NCBI GenBank assembly: GCA_965215515.1
Contig: OZ244057.1
Location: forward strand, 896,001 to 960,000
Direction: 5' to 3'
DNA from: Oligoflexales bacterium
GTDB lineage: Bacteria > Bdellovibrionota_B > Oligoflexia > Oligoflexales > JAPPIL01
Length of the DNA: 64,000 bases
The position numbers and the translations under genes are program-made. This document shows positions 47,599 to 57,699 of the stretch, one piece after another. Each line of letters opens with the position of its first letter. Within the stretch, counting starts at the first letter, position 1. Below the pieces are notes generated by a model. It made no database searches and was not told where the DNA came from. It saw nothing but the letters and a program-made list of their open reading frames with translations.

Positions 47599-48750
47599 TC
47601 AGGCTGCTTCTCGATCGGTTGCGGTGTTACGCGGCAATACTGGCCTACTCCGCTGGGTAACTTCCCGCTCGCGCGCGTGCTCAGCAGCTTCCGTCTTTGT
47701 GTTGCCAACCTCATCGCTCTCGCCGCGGTGTGCAGCACTCAAGTAGCCTTGCTGCGGGTAAGTCACGATCTGCCCCACCTCGATGCGGTCGGGGTTGGCG
47801 ATGTGTCCGTTGTATCTCCAGATAATTACCCAGTGGCTGAAATCACCGTAAACCCGTGCGGCAATCCCTGACAACGAATCCCCCGCTTGCACCACAACCT
47901 CTGCCCGCGGTTGATTTTCGTACTGCTGTGCGAAGGCAGCCGACTGCTCTGTGTACTGGTAGTAGACCAGATTGCCAGGAAAAATCAGGTGAGGGTTGGA
48001 GAACCCTGACCACCTAGCGAGATCACGCCATTTTGATTTGTCGCCATAGATGCTCTGGGCGATGTCGCCGAGAGTATCACCCTTCTTGACCACGTAAGTG
48101 AGCTTCGCCCCCATCTCAGGCAAACTCGACCCTTCCACCGCCGCAGGAGATGCAGCTCCCGCTCCCGCCAGGTCGCCGTCTGTCCCCGCCACGACAGCGG
48201 GAAAATCGCCTGCGGTCTCCGTTATTTCATCGCCGCCGACCGCAACGTTGCTCGCCTCAGGCAACTGATTGTCGAGCGGGGCAATCGCCTCGTTTTCATC
48301 GATAACACTTCGAATCGCGTCTTGGCTCTGATCGGCAGTCAAATCAGGATCAGCTCCAGCTTCCGCCAACACATTACCCTCGTCATTATCAGCGATGTCG
48401 GCAACGTTATCACCCGTAGCATCAACCTCAGCCAAATTACCTTCGGTGGGGAGCACCCCCTCCAGGTTATCGTTACCCCCTACTACCGCCTGGTTCTCAC
48501 CGCCTGGATCGACACCGACGGTGAGATTGTTGCTGCCGAGGTCATCTTCACCCCCTGCAAGGGCAATCTGGTTATCGGCATACGCCTCCTGCCCCGCAGT
48601 GGCGTTACCCACCGCAGTCTCCTCCACCGCAACCTCGAGGTTCTCCTCGTCACCCTGCGAACTGGCACAAGATACTCCCAGCCCGCATACCAGCACCATA
48701 CTGGCAAGCAAGGCCCTCGCCGAAGAAGATGGAAGAGTTAACTGTTTCAC
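47599..48750 (-). CDS. LysM-domain lipoprotein with acidic low-complexity linker
   Basis: Lipobox GVSC; two LysM domains (YVVKKGDTLGDIA; VVQAGDSLSGIA). Confidence 0.85.
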   Translation of the reverse strand: MKQLTLPSSSARALLASMVLVCGLGVSCASSQGDEENLEVAVEETAVGNATAGQEAYADNQIALAGGEDDLGSNNLTVGVDPGGENQAVVGGNDNLEGVLPTEGNLAEVDATGDNVADIADNDEGNVLAEAGADPDLTADQSQDAIRSVIDENEAIAPLDNQLPEASNVAVGGDEITETAGDFPAVVAGTDGDLAGAGAASPAAVEGSSLPEMGAKLTYVVKKGDTLGDIAQSIYGDKSKWRDLARWSGFSNPHLIFPGNLVYYQYTEQSAAFAQQYENQPRAEVVVQAGDSLSGIAARVYGDFSHWVIIWRYNGHIANPDRIEVGQIVTYPQQGYLSAAHRGESDEVGNTKTEAAEHAREREVTQRSRPVLPRNTATDREAA

Positions 48751-48820
48751 GACAACTCCGATTTGCTTTTCTCACTGTCTGACCTACAATCGGGTAGTGA
48801 CTGACTGGACTTTAACCTAG

Positions 48821-49798
48821 ATGCAAAAAAAATTATCCCCACCACCTCCTCCCCACCGTGCCGTGCTTAAAAACGAGTTATTGCAAATGCTTATACCCGA
48901 TAAAGCGCGTGTCTGTATCGATGCTACCTTCGGTGCGGGCGATCACAGCCGAGCTGTCTTGGCACAGATGGGAGGCAGAGGAGTGCTGATCGGCATAGAT
49001 CGCGATGAACGCGCCATCGCCGCGGCACGGGTTAACTTCGCTGCCACACTGCACTCCCAACGTCTGCACCTGCAACAGGCCAGCTTCTCACATCTACCCT
49101 CCCTCATCACCTCCCTCGGCTTGCAAGGGAAGGTCGATTGCCTCTACGCCGATCTCGGCTGCTCCACCACGCAGATGCTCGACCCCCGCCGCGGCTTCTC
49201 CCTACAACACGATGGCGAACTGGACATGCGCCTGAGTCAAGAGACACAACAGCTGACCGCGGCCACACTGGTCAACACCTCCTCGCAGGAAGAGCTGGCG
49301 CACATCTTGCGCACCTACGGCGAAGAACCACATGCCACCCGCATCGCTCGCCACCTCGTACAGGTACGCACTCATGCACCTATCACCCGCACCAAGCAGC
49401 TGGCCGCACTGGTCGCCACCTGCACCAGCCATCGCCACCACCGCCTGCACCCTGCCACCCGTGTTTTTCAGGCACTGCGCATCGCCGTCAACGACGAGCT
49501 GGAGGAACTACAGCAACTGCTCGCCACGGAAACTTTTGCCCTACTACGCCCAGGGGGATGCCTGGCGATTATCTCCTTCCATTCGCTCGAAGACCGCCTC
49601 GTTAAGCACCGTTTCCGCAAACTAGCGGGGCTATCTGCCCCAGACCCCGCCACACGGCATCTGCCTGTCCCCACTCGTCTCGCTTCCCCTCTCGCCGCAA
49701 TCATTAAACCTTTTCCAGTGCAACCACACGCACAGGAAATCTATAATAACAAGAGGGCACGCAGTGCGAAATTACGCGGGATCACAAAACTCAGTTGA
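48821..49798 (+). CDS. rsmH: 16S rRNA m4C1402 methyltransferase
   Basis: DATFGAGDHS, DLGCS, LDMRL, YGEE, FQALRIAVNDEL, ISFHSLEDR, RARSAKLR. Confidence 0.95.
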   Translation: MQKKLSPPPPPHRAVLKNELLQMLIPDKARVCIDATFGAGDHSRAVLAQMGGRGVLIGIDRDERAIAAARVNFAATLHSQRLHLQQASFSHLPSLITSLGLQGKVDCLYADLGCSTTQMLDPRRGFSLQHDGELDMRLSQETQQLTAATLVNTSSQEELAHILRTYGEEPHATRIARHLVQVRTHAPITRTKQLAALVATCTSHRHHRLHPATRVFQALRIAVNDELEELQQLLATETFALLRPGGCLAIISFHSLEDRLVKHRFRKLAGLSAPDPATRHLPVPTRLASPLAAIIKPFPVQPHAQEIYNNKRARSAKLRGITKLS

Positions 49799-49805
49799 AG
49801 GTATC

Positions 49806-50018
49806 TTGAAAGACTATCAGCTGTTAGCTCTGTTCGCCATCTTTTTCGCCTTGGCACTCGCACGCACACATGTGCGCAACCACGCGACACTGCTCGGCTA
49901 TGAGATCGGACGCTTGAAAAAACAGGAGGTCACTTTGCTGGAGCAGCGCAGCCACCTGAAGGTGCAGCTGGCGCGTCTTACGGCGCGCGAACAATTACTG
50001 GCACTGACACGACCTTGA
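49806..50018 (+). CDS. ftsL: Cell division protein FtsL-like
   Basis: Single TM plus leucine zipper (LGYEIGRL), between rsmH and ftsI. Confidence 0.7.
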   Translation: MKDYQLLALFAIFFALALARTHVRNHATLLGYEIGRLKKQEVTLLEQRSHLKVQLARLTAREQLLALTRP

Positions 50019-51757
50019 AACCGCCCACCCGCCCTGCAGTGCACTACCGCCCTGGACGTTTCGTCCACCCGCGGGCACGCCTGCTGCACAAACTACTCTG
50101 CCTCGGCTTCGCCCTCATCGCCGTGAAAACCGTCGTGCTCACCGTCTACTCCGATCACCGCCGTATCCTCGACAACATGGCAGACCGCCAGTACAACGAG
50201 GAACTCGACCTAGCTCCGTGGCGAGGCACGATCTACGATCGCCGTGCCTTCCCGCTGGCCTTGAGTGTGCGTCGCCCCAGTCTTGCCGTCAACCCGCGCC
50301 TCTTCGCTCCCACCGCACCGCAACGACGTGCGTTAGTGACCCACCTCAGTCACACGCCCCGCAGTCTCGCCGCCCTCGCGGCACGACGTAGTTATTTCGC
50401 TTGGCTACAGCGCAAAGTACCGCCCGCAGTGGCGGCAAAAATTATCGCCCTCGACATCAAGGGCTTGTATCAGATCACCGAGCCGTACCGCTACTACCCC
50501 CTCGCGGAAAAATTCGCCCCTCTCATCGGCTACGTCGGAATCGACAACACTGGCCTGCTCGGTATCGAACAACAGTTCGAGCAACAACTGCACGGCAAAC
50601 GCACCGCGCTGCGTCTGATTAAGGATGCCCGCCACCAGCCTGTATTCCATTCACCCCAGCATGCAACTCCTACCACCAGCGGTGCTACCCTGCACCTGAC
50701 TCTAGACCGTGTCATCCAGGAAATAAGTGTGGAAGAATTGACTCTGGGCATCGAACGGGCTCGCGCTCGCAAAGGGTTTGTCATCGTCGCCGACCCGCAC
50801 AGCGGGCGCATCCTCGCCCTTGCCAACCACCCGTCCTTCAACCCCAACAAACCGCGCCACATCAATACACGCCACCTACACAACACCGCCGCGGCAACGC
50901 TGTACGAACCAGGCTCGATCGTCAAGCCGTTGGTCATCGCCGCAGCCCTGGAGCGGGGTTTGACCTCCCTATCGGACTTGCACTACTGCGAGCGCGGGCG
51001 ATTAGAGGTCGGCAACACCGCCATCCGCGATGACAAACCCTACGCCGCCCTGACCACTGAGGATGTGCTCACCTATTCCAGCAACATCTGCGTCTACAAA
51101 GTCGCACAGTTGCTGGGCGCGGAAAACCTCTACCAGCTGTACCGTGATTTCGGCATCGGCACCGCTATCAACAACATGTCGCTGCCTGGTCAAGCTCGCG
51201 GCCGCATCGATCACTTCAGCAGATGGTCTGCAATCAGGTTTGCTAACATCTCTTTCGGGCAGGGTTTTGCCACCAGCGGTATCGAGCTGGTAACCGCCTT
51301 CAATAGCATCGCGAACGGTGGCAAACTGATGCAACCGCAGTTGCTCACTCGTATCGAAGACGGCGAAGGCAAGACGATCAGCGCCAAAACCCCCCAGATG
51401 GTCGCCCGCGTCCTGCAACCAGAGATCGCCCGTCAATTGCGCCATGCCCTCGGTCGTGTCGTCGCCCACGGCACAGGGAAGCTTGCGGCTCTCCCGCACT
51501 ATCGTGTCGGTGGCAAAACCAGCACTGCCGAGGTATTCGACCGCCAGCTCAACCGCTACTCCGAGACACGTCGCATCGCGGGTTTTATCGGCTTCGCACC
51601 TCTCGTCGATCCGCACGTCACCATCTACGTGTCGTTATTCGAGCCCCACAACACCCCTCGTTACGGCGGCAAATGGGCGGCCCCTGTCTTCGCCCGCATT
51701 GCCAGCCGCATCTTGCGCTATCTGAATGTCAGGCCCGAGGTCGCACTGCTGGAGTGA
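50015..51757 (+). CDS. ftsI: Peptidoglycan transpeptidase PBP3
   Basis: RGTIYDR, YEPGSIVK (SxxK), SSN, KTS variant of KTG; dcw position. Confidence 0.92.
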   Translation: MKPPTRPAVHYRPGRFVHPRARLLHKLLCLGFALIAVKTVVLTVYSDHRRILDNMADRQYNEELDLAPWRGTIYDRRAFPLALSVRRPSLAVNPRLFAPTAPQRRALVTHLSHTPRSLAALAARRSYFAWLQRKVPPAVAAKIIALDIKGLYQITEPYRYYPLAEKFAPLIGYVGIDNTGLLGIEQQFEQQLHGKRTALRLIKDARHQPVFHSPQHATPTTSGATLHLTLDRVIQEISVEELTLGIERARARKGFVIVADPHSGRILALANHPSFNPNKPRHINTRHLHNTAAATLYEPGSIVKPLVIAAALERGLTSLSDLHYCERGRLEVGNTAIRDDKPYAALTTEDVLTYSSNICVYKVAQLLGAENLYQLYRDFGIGTAINNMSLPGQARGRIDHFSRWSAIRFANISFGQGFATSGIELVTAFNSIANGGKLMQPQLLTRIEDGEGKTISAKTPQMVARVLQPEIARQLRHALGRVVAHGTGKLAALPHYRVGGKTSTAEVFDRQLNRYSETRRIAGFIGFAPLVDPHVTIYVSLFEPHNTPRYGGKWAAPVFARIASRILRYLNVRPEVALLE

Positions 51758-51823
51758 AAATTATGCCCACCCTTGCTCACCCCTATCGCTTTCGTTTACA
51801 ACGGGCGGGGAGCTATTGAGAAA

Positions 51824-53395
51824 ATGGCCGCGGTAAACTTCCCACCCCCCCCACCTCTGACGGTCGGCGAGATCGTCACTCACTTGCGAGATGCAGGTGA
51901 GTTGCGTGGGGACAACATGGCACGCTTCCCTGCCGCCACCGCGACCCGCGGCGGCCAGCTGTGTGTGGACACACGGCGATTGCAGACGGGGGACATATTT
52001 ATCGCACTCAGGGGACGAACTCACGACGGCAATGTCTTCCTGGAACGAGCTGTTGCGGGCGGTGCTTGCCTCCTCATCAGCGATCGGGCAGGTATTGCTG
52101 CTGAGGCAAGAAAGTTCCCCGTGCCGCTGCTGGTGGTCGGCAATGCGCGCCGTAGTTGGGCTTGGTTGTGTGCCGCGGCACACGCTCATCCCCAGCAACA
52201 TCTCAGTATTATTGGCATAACGGGCACAAATGGCAAAACCAGCACGGCGACTATGCTCGCGCAGCTGCTTACGCAGCGTAGGCACAAGACAGTGCTCAGC
52301 GGCAGCAACGGCATCTTCTGTGATCACCAACTACTGTGCTCCAATCCTTTGACCACGCCTGATCCAGACTTGCTCTTCAAAATTCTCGCTTGGTCTCAGG
52401 CACAGGGGGTACGCTATGTCGTGTTGGAAGTCTCTTCGCATGCCCTGGCTCTGCACAAGATCACCCCGCTGCGTTGTCAAGCAGTTATTTTCACGAGTTT
52501 TTCTGACGATCATGGTGACTTTCACCCCACGCGACAGGACTACTTCGCCAGCAAGTGGAGCTTGATCACGGCAAATTGTGCCTGTGCACAGCTGTTGATC
52601 ATCTCGCAACAGGTGATGGCACAGGCGCGGCGTTACGGACTGAGTGTCACCCATCCTCAGCTGTGGCTCTACGATTATGCGCAAGCTAAGCACCAGCCTA
52701 TGCACACGCCTAATCATCCGCGTATGCAGGTTAACATCCTTAAATCACACAACTTAACTGCTGAGCTGGCGGTGGTGATGAACGGGCAACAACGTCTCGG
52801 TCAGCTGAACTTTTTTGCCCCCCATCTCGCTTTGAACTTCGCCGCGGCGCTGCTGGCGGCAGAAAATTTACTGTCCGTCAGGATCGCGACGGCGGATTGG
52901 CGGAAGGTAAAGGTCGGTGCGGGACGCATGGAAATTATCCACAAAAGCCCTTTAGTGATCGTTGATTACGCTCACACTCCGGAGGCCTTGCGCGCCAGTC
53001 TTGCCGCGCTGTCCTTCGCTACCCCGCGCTGGGTGGTGTTCGGCTGTGGGGGGAAGCGCGACCGCAACAAGCGCGCCGCGATGGGCGAGGTAGCGGCACA
53101 GTTTGCCGACCACATCGTTCTGACAGCCGACAATCCACGCGACGAGGAGGTCACCGCGATCACGGCAGAGATCCTGCAGGGGATCGCGGCGCACCGCGGC
53201 AAGGTTACCGTGCAACCTGAGCGCCGTGCCGCTATTACCTATGCCATTCATGCCGCCCGTGCGTGCCCACGCGCAGCGGTGCTCATCGCAGGCAAGGGAG
53301 CGGAAAAATACCAGGAGGTGGCAGGCAGACTTTTACCCTTCGACGACCGTCAGGTGTGTCGCACCATCCTGTCGCGGGGTGCCAGGAGACAGTAG
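51824..53395 (+). CDS. murE: UDP-MurNAc-tripeptide synthetase
   Basis: GITGTNGKTS, LTTP, EVSSHAL, VDYAHTP, FGCGG, DNPR, AGKG. Confidence 0.94.
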   Translation: MAAVNFPPPPPLTVGEIVTHLRDAGELRGDNMARFPAATATRGGQLCVDTRRLQTGDIFIALRGRTHDGNVFLERAVAGGACLLISDRAGIAAEARKFPVPLLVVGNARRSWAWLCAAAHAHPQQHLSIIGITGTNGKTSTATMLAQLLTQRRHKTVLSGSNGIFCDHQLLCSNPLTTPDPDLLFKILAWSQAQGVRYVVLEVSSHALALHKITPLRCQAVIFTSFSDDHGDFHPTRQDYFASKWSLITANCACAQLLIISQQVMAQARRYGLSVTHPQLWLYDYAQAKHQPMHTPNHPRMQVNILKSHNLTAELAVVMNGQQRLGQLNFFAPHLALNFAAALLAAENLLSVRIATADWRKVKVGAGRMEIIHKSPLVIVDYAHTPEALRASLAALSFATPRWVVFGCGGKRDRNKRAAMGEVAAQFADHIVLTADNPRDEEVTAITAEILQGIAAHRGKVTVQPERRAAITYAIHAARACPRAAVLIAGKGAEKYQEVAGRLLPFDDRQVCRTILSRGARRQ

Positions 53396-53584
53396 CTGTA
53401 GTGTCGGTATGTCGAAGCTAGCCAGATTCATGCAACAATGCTCGGTTACTCAGATAAGCATCTATAATGAAATAACTTTTACCCGTGTACCGCGTTCACT
53501 GAGCTACACAACTCACTGGCCTTTCCGCGCTCGAACCCCTAACATCGATCTCAACGTTAACTTTGATTGTGGAGGACATTTGCC

Positions 53585-54790
53585 ATGAGAAAAACGATTT
53601 GGGGAGTGCTAGCATCGGTCGCACTGCTCGCTTGCGCGGAGCGATACCCCGCACAAGTGCGAGGTATCGACGACATCGATACCATCAGAGTCAGGTGTGT
53701 GACAGGCACCTCGGAGGAAGTCACCCTGCCCGATCTACAGGCGGGGCGAGTCTGTACCGCACGCACGTTCATGAACTTCTGCCGCGCCCGTTTCCGTGCC
53801 GAAACGAGCGAGGAGCAGAAGGAGCACATCCGTCACACGGTGGCCGTCCTACGCCAACACGTCGGCGGCGACACCTGCAAGGAAAGCTTCGAGAGGCTGC
53901 GCAAGCTGACCTTCATCGCTTTGCAAGAGCGAGACATCGTCGATGTTTCTCCCTTCATGGGGTTGAGTAGCTTGCGGCATCTCGATCTATCGGGTAACGC
54001 GATCACCGACATCACACCGCTGCAAAGCTTGCCGCAGCTCGTGGTGTTGGCGGTCAACGCTAACCGTCTGACGAAACTGCCCGTCCTCGACATGCGGAAA
54101 CTGCGTCGTCTCTACCTGAGCCACAACTCTATCACCGACCTCCAAGGGTTGCGCGGCATGCCCAATCTGCGGCGGCTGACACTCGACAACACCACCCACG
54201 ACGTTGCCGATTACGAGGGGATCGCGAGCCTCGAAGGACTACAACATCTGAAACGACTCGACCACCTCGAAGTGGCGGGAGTACAGCTGCGCAGTGCCGC
54301 ACAGGTCGAGGAACTAACCCTGCTGCGCACCCTCAACCTGCGCCACAACAACTTGGCACAGATGCCATCGCTCGCAGTCGGCAAGTACCTGAAGGAAGTA
54401 GACTTCAGCCACAACCAGCTGACGGCGATCGATTTCATCACCACCAACCGCACCTTGCAGAAAATCAACTTCAGCCACAACCAAATCGAACAGCTGACCG
54501 CCCTGCACAACAAACCCCACCTGCAGCAAGCATTGTTCAGCACCAACCGCATCACCGACATCTCGCCGTTGCGTGCCCTGTACGATCTGGAAACGGTTGA
54601 CTTCCGCGGCAATGCGGTAAGCGATCTCACCCCCCTACAACGCCTGCATCAGTTATCGTTCACGGGGGTCGAATTCGCCGACAACCCCGTCGTTGCTGAC
54701 CACAGCACGGCCACCTGTCCCGTCGAAGCTGTGTCCAGTGCACTGCGGGACTACTGCCGTCGCCTCGTGCACAGCACACGAGACAACTGA
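53585..54790 (+). CDS. Leucine-rich repeat (internalin-like) lipoprotein
   Basis: GGAGGA RBS; lipobox LLAC; repeated LxxLxLxxNxIxDI motifs; Cys-containing caps. Confidence 0.88.
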   Translation: MRKTIWGVLASVALLACAERYPAQVRGIDDIDTIRVRCVTGTSEEVTLPDLQAGRVCTARTFMNFCRARFRAETSEEQKEHIRHTVAVLRQHVGGDTCKESFERLRKLTFIALQERDIVDVSPFMGLSSLRHLDLSGNAITDITPLQSLPQLVVLAVNANRLTKLPVLDMRKLRRLYLSHNSITDLQGLRGMPNLRRLTLDNTTHDVADYEGIASLEGLQHLKRLDHLEVAGVQLRSAAQVEELTLLRTLNLRHNNLAQMPSLAVGKYLKEVDFSHNQLTAIDFITTNRTLQKINFSHNQIEQLTALHNKPHLQQALFSTNRITDISPLRALYDLETVDFRGNAVSDLTPLQRLHQLSFTGVEFADNPVVADHSTATCPVEAVSSALRDYCRRLVHSTRDN

Positions 54791-54809
54791 TCAGGTCACG
54801 CCCTTCCCT

Positions 54810-54844
54810 CGGTATCCCCCTCTCATCCTGAACGGGGGATACCG
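54810..54844. terminator. Hairpin between convergent genes
   Basis: Perfect 11-bp inverted repeat cggtatccccc / gggggataccg with a 13-nt loop. Confidence 0.55.
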
Positions 54845-54849
54845 CCGTA

Positions 54850-55572
54850 TTACCGCTGGAGGAGAGCAGCGACGGAAATAGGACAGATAGGCAAGATCAA
54901 CTCTTTGATCGCAGCCGAGAGAGTCCTTATCTCCAACTGCGCACCTTCGTGATCGCGCAGCTTGATGAAGTTAACCACCGCTTCCAGCGAAGCCGTCCAA
55001 ATCAAGGTGTTCATAAACGCAAGCGGCAACACCATCCGCGCCTGTTCACGGCAAACACCCAACCCGATCAGCTGCTGATACGCGGCGAAACTGCGTTCAA
55101 GACTATCCTCGTACACCCGCAATGCCTCCGTGTTGTCTCCCACCTGTGCGTGCTGCTGCGAAGCTTGCAAGTTCTTGCCGTGCTGTGGACGAAAACTCTT
55201 GACCTGATGAAACTTAGGCTCGTGTTGCACATAACGCCCTGAAATCTCGTTCCACACCGTAGCCGCTTCCCGAAACTCGCCGCTGGTATAAGCACACCCA
55301 ACCTGGTGCTTGTAGAGTTGGCGACAGACAACCTCGGAAACGTGGATACGAAAACTGAACTGCACATGCCGAAAAGGACTCATGTGCTTGTGCTCGGCGA
55401 GATAACGAATCAAACGCTGGTCAGTGCCGTCGAGACAATCCTTCTGCTTGCCGAAAGATACCCGCGCCGCATTGACCACCGCGAGGTCACCCTTGCCCAT
55501 GTAATCGATCAACTCGACGTAACCATCGTCGACAGGAAGACGACGCAGCAACGACGCAGCAACCTTTCCCAC
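54850..55572 (-). CDS. thyX: FAD-dependent thymidylate synthase
   Basis: VVNAARVSF, LIRYLAEHKHMSPF, WNEISGRY, REQARMVLP, AQLEIR. Confidence 0.92.
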   Translation of the reverse strand: MGKVAASLLRRLPVDDGYVELIDYMGKGDLAVVNAARVSFGKQKDCLDGTDQRLIRYLAEHKHMSPFRHVQFSFRIHVSEVVCRQLYKHQVGCAYTSGEFREAATVWNEISGRYVQHEPKFHQVKSFRPQHGKNLQASQQHAQVGDNTEALRVYEDSLERSFAAYQQLIGLGVCREQARMVLPLAFMNTLIWTASLEAVVNFIKLRDHEGAQLEIRTLSAAIKELILPICPISVAALLQR

Positions 55573-55654
55573 AAGTCACCCCAACTTCCACGAAAAGCTG
55601 GATTGTTACACAGAAACCCAGAGGTTGCAACGCACGGAATTATCTCCCAGGGGG

Positions 55655-55682
55655 TTGACAGCGACGATTTTGGCATTAAGTT
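55655..55682 (+). promoter_or_regulatory. Putative promoter of dnaK
   Basis: TTGACA-N15-TTAAGTT; same layout as upstream of hsp20. Confidence 0.45.
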
Positions 55683-55730
55683 TCGCCCGTTGGACGAGTA
55701 ACAGCAGTAGCACCCACGGGGAGTAGAGAA

Positions 55731-57653
55731 ATGAGCAAAATTATCGGTATCGACCTCGGCACGACCAACTCGGTGGTCGCGGTCATGGAACAAGGTGAAG
55801 CAAAGATAATTCCCAACGCAGAAGGGGAACGCACCACGCCGAGCGTGGTCGCCTACGCGAAAAATAACGAAGTGCTGGTCGGATCAACCGCACGCCGCCA
55901 GGCGGTGACCAACCCCCACAACACCGTCTACTCCTCGAAGCGTTTCATCGGCAACAACTACAACGAGGCAGGCGCAGAAATTAAACGCGTGCCCTACGAA
56001 GTGACGCGCGGCAGCCAAGGCGAAGCGGTTTTCGTTCTACACGGCAAAAAATGCAGCCCCCAAGAAATCGCCGCCAAAGTGCTCGGCAAACTCAAAAACG
56101 CGGCGGAAGACTACCTCGGCAGTCCCGTGCGCGAGGCAGTGATTACCGTGCCAGCCTACTTCAACGACAGCCAGCGCCAAGCCACCAAAGACGCAGGACG
56201 CATCGCTGGACTAGAAGTAAAACGCATCGTCGCCGAACCGACCGCAGCCGCACTCGCCTACGGGCTCGACAAAAAGAAAAATGAAAAGATCGCCGTGTTC
56301 GACTTCGGTGGCGGCACATTCGATATCTCGATTCTCGAAGTCGGCGACAGCGTCGTCGAAGTGCTAGCGACCAAAGGCGACACCCACCTCGGCGGCGACA
56401 ATATCGACGAGCAGCTGATCGCGTATTTTTGTGAAACCTTCAAGCACGACACAGGTATCGATATCGCCAACGATCCCATGGCGATGCAGCGTCTCAAAGA
56501 AGCCGCCGAGAAAGCCAAGATCGAGTTGTCCACCACCCAAACAACGGAGGTCAACTTACCGTTCTTGACCGCCGACCAGTCTGGCCCCAAGCACATGCAT
56601 ATCAACCTCACCCGCGCTAAATTCGAGCAGTTGGTAGGGAATATAGTAACGAGAACGATCACCCCCTGCCGTGACGTACTGCAAGCCGCAGGGGTGACTG
56701 TCAGCGAAATCAGCGAGGTTGTGCTGGTCGGTGGCTCGACCCGCATTCCCCTGGTACAAAGCAAAGTCAAAGAATTTTTCCAGCGAGAACCAAATCGCTC
56801 CGTCAACCCCGACGAAGTCGTGGCGGTCGGTGCCGCCGTGCAAGCAGGTATTCTCGGCGGCGACATCAAAGACGTGCTGCTACTCGACGTTACCCCGATC
56901 TCCTACGGGATCGAGACACTCGGCGGTGTCTTTACCCGCCTGATCGAAGGCAACACAACAATCCCCACGAAAAAAGCACAGGTCTTCTCCACCGCCGCCG
57001 ATAACCAGCCGTCGGTCGAAATCGTCGTCCTGCAAGGAGAAAGACAGATGGCCGCGGATAACAAACAGATCGGCAGATTCAACCTCACCGAAATTCCTCC
57101 CGCCCCACGCGGCACGCCCCAAATCGAGGTTGCCTTCGATATCGATGCCAACGGTATCATCAACGTCTCCGCCAAAGATCTCGGGACAGGACGCGAACAG
57201 AAAATCGTTATCGAGTCTTCCACACGCCTCTCCGACGAAGAAATCGCCCGCATGAAGAAAGACGCAGAGGTCCACGCCGAAGCCGACCGCCAGAAAAAAG
57301 AACTGGTCGAATGCCGCAATGAACTCGACTCGCTCGTCTTTCAGGCAGAGAAGTTGCTGCGTGAAAACGGGGAGAAAATTGCCGCGGCGACAAAAAGTGA
57401 GCTGGAGAACGAAATCAACACAGCAAAAAGCAAGTTAACCTCCACAGCGGTAACCACGCTGAAGGAAGCAAAAACCGCCCTGGAGAAGAAAATACACCAG
57501 CTGTCCGATCAGATTTACAAGCAGGCGACCGACAACAATGCCGCCTCTCCCCAAACAGGAACGACCGCAGAGACTGCCAGCAGCGGCGACAAGCCGCCGC
57601 AAGGAGATGTGGTCGATGCCGAATTCGAGGAAGGATCGCCACCACAGCAGTAA
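55731..57653 (+). CDS. dnaK: Chaperone DnaK (Hsp70)
   Basis: [45 protein letters not shown]-terminal DVVDAEFEE. Confidence 0.98.
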   Translation: MSKIIGIDLGTTNSVVAVMEQGEAKIIPNAEGERTTPSVVAYAKNNEVLVGSTARRQAVTNPHNTVYSSKRFIGNNYNEAGAEIKRVPYEVTRGSQGEAVFVLHGKKCSPQEIAAKVLGKLKNAAEDYLGSPVREAVITVPAYFNDSQRQATKDAGRIAGLEVKRIVAEPTAAALAYGLDKKKNEKIAVFDFGGGTFDISILEVGDSVVEVLATKGDTHLGGDNIDEQLIAYFCETFKHDTGIDIANDPMAMQRLKEAAEKAKIELSTTQTTEVNLPFLTADQSGPKHMHINLTRAKFEQLVGNIVTRTITPCRDVLQAAGVTVSEISEVVLVGGSTRIPLVQSKVKEFFQREPNRSVNPDEVVAVGAAVQAGILGGDIKDVLLLDVTPISYGIETLGGVFTRLIEGNTTIPTKKAQVFSTAADNQPSVEIVVLQGERQMAADNKQIGRFNLTEIPPAPRGTPQIEVAFDIDANGIINVSAKDLGTGREQKIVIESSTRLSDEEIARMKKDAEVHAEADRQKKELVECRNELDSLVFQAEKLLRENGEKIAAATKSELENEINTAKSKLTSTAVTTLKEAKTALEKKIHQLSDQIYKQATDNNAASPQTGTTAETASSGDKPPQGDVVDAEFEEGSPPQQ

Positions 57654-57699
57654 AACTAGCCACCCGCGCCCTCACCCATCGACTGAGGACACCGCAACT

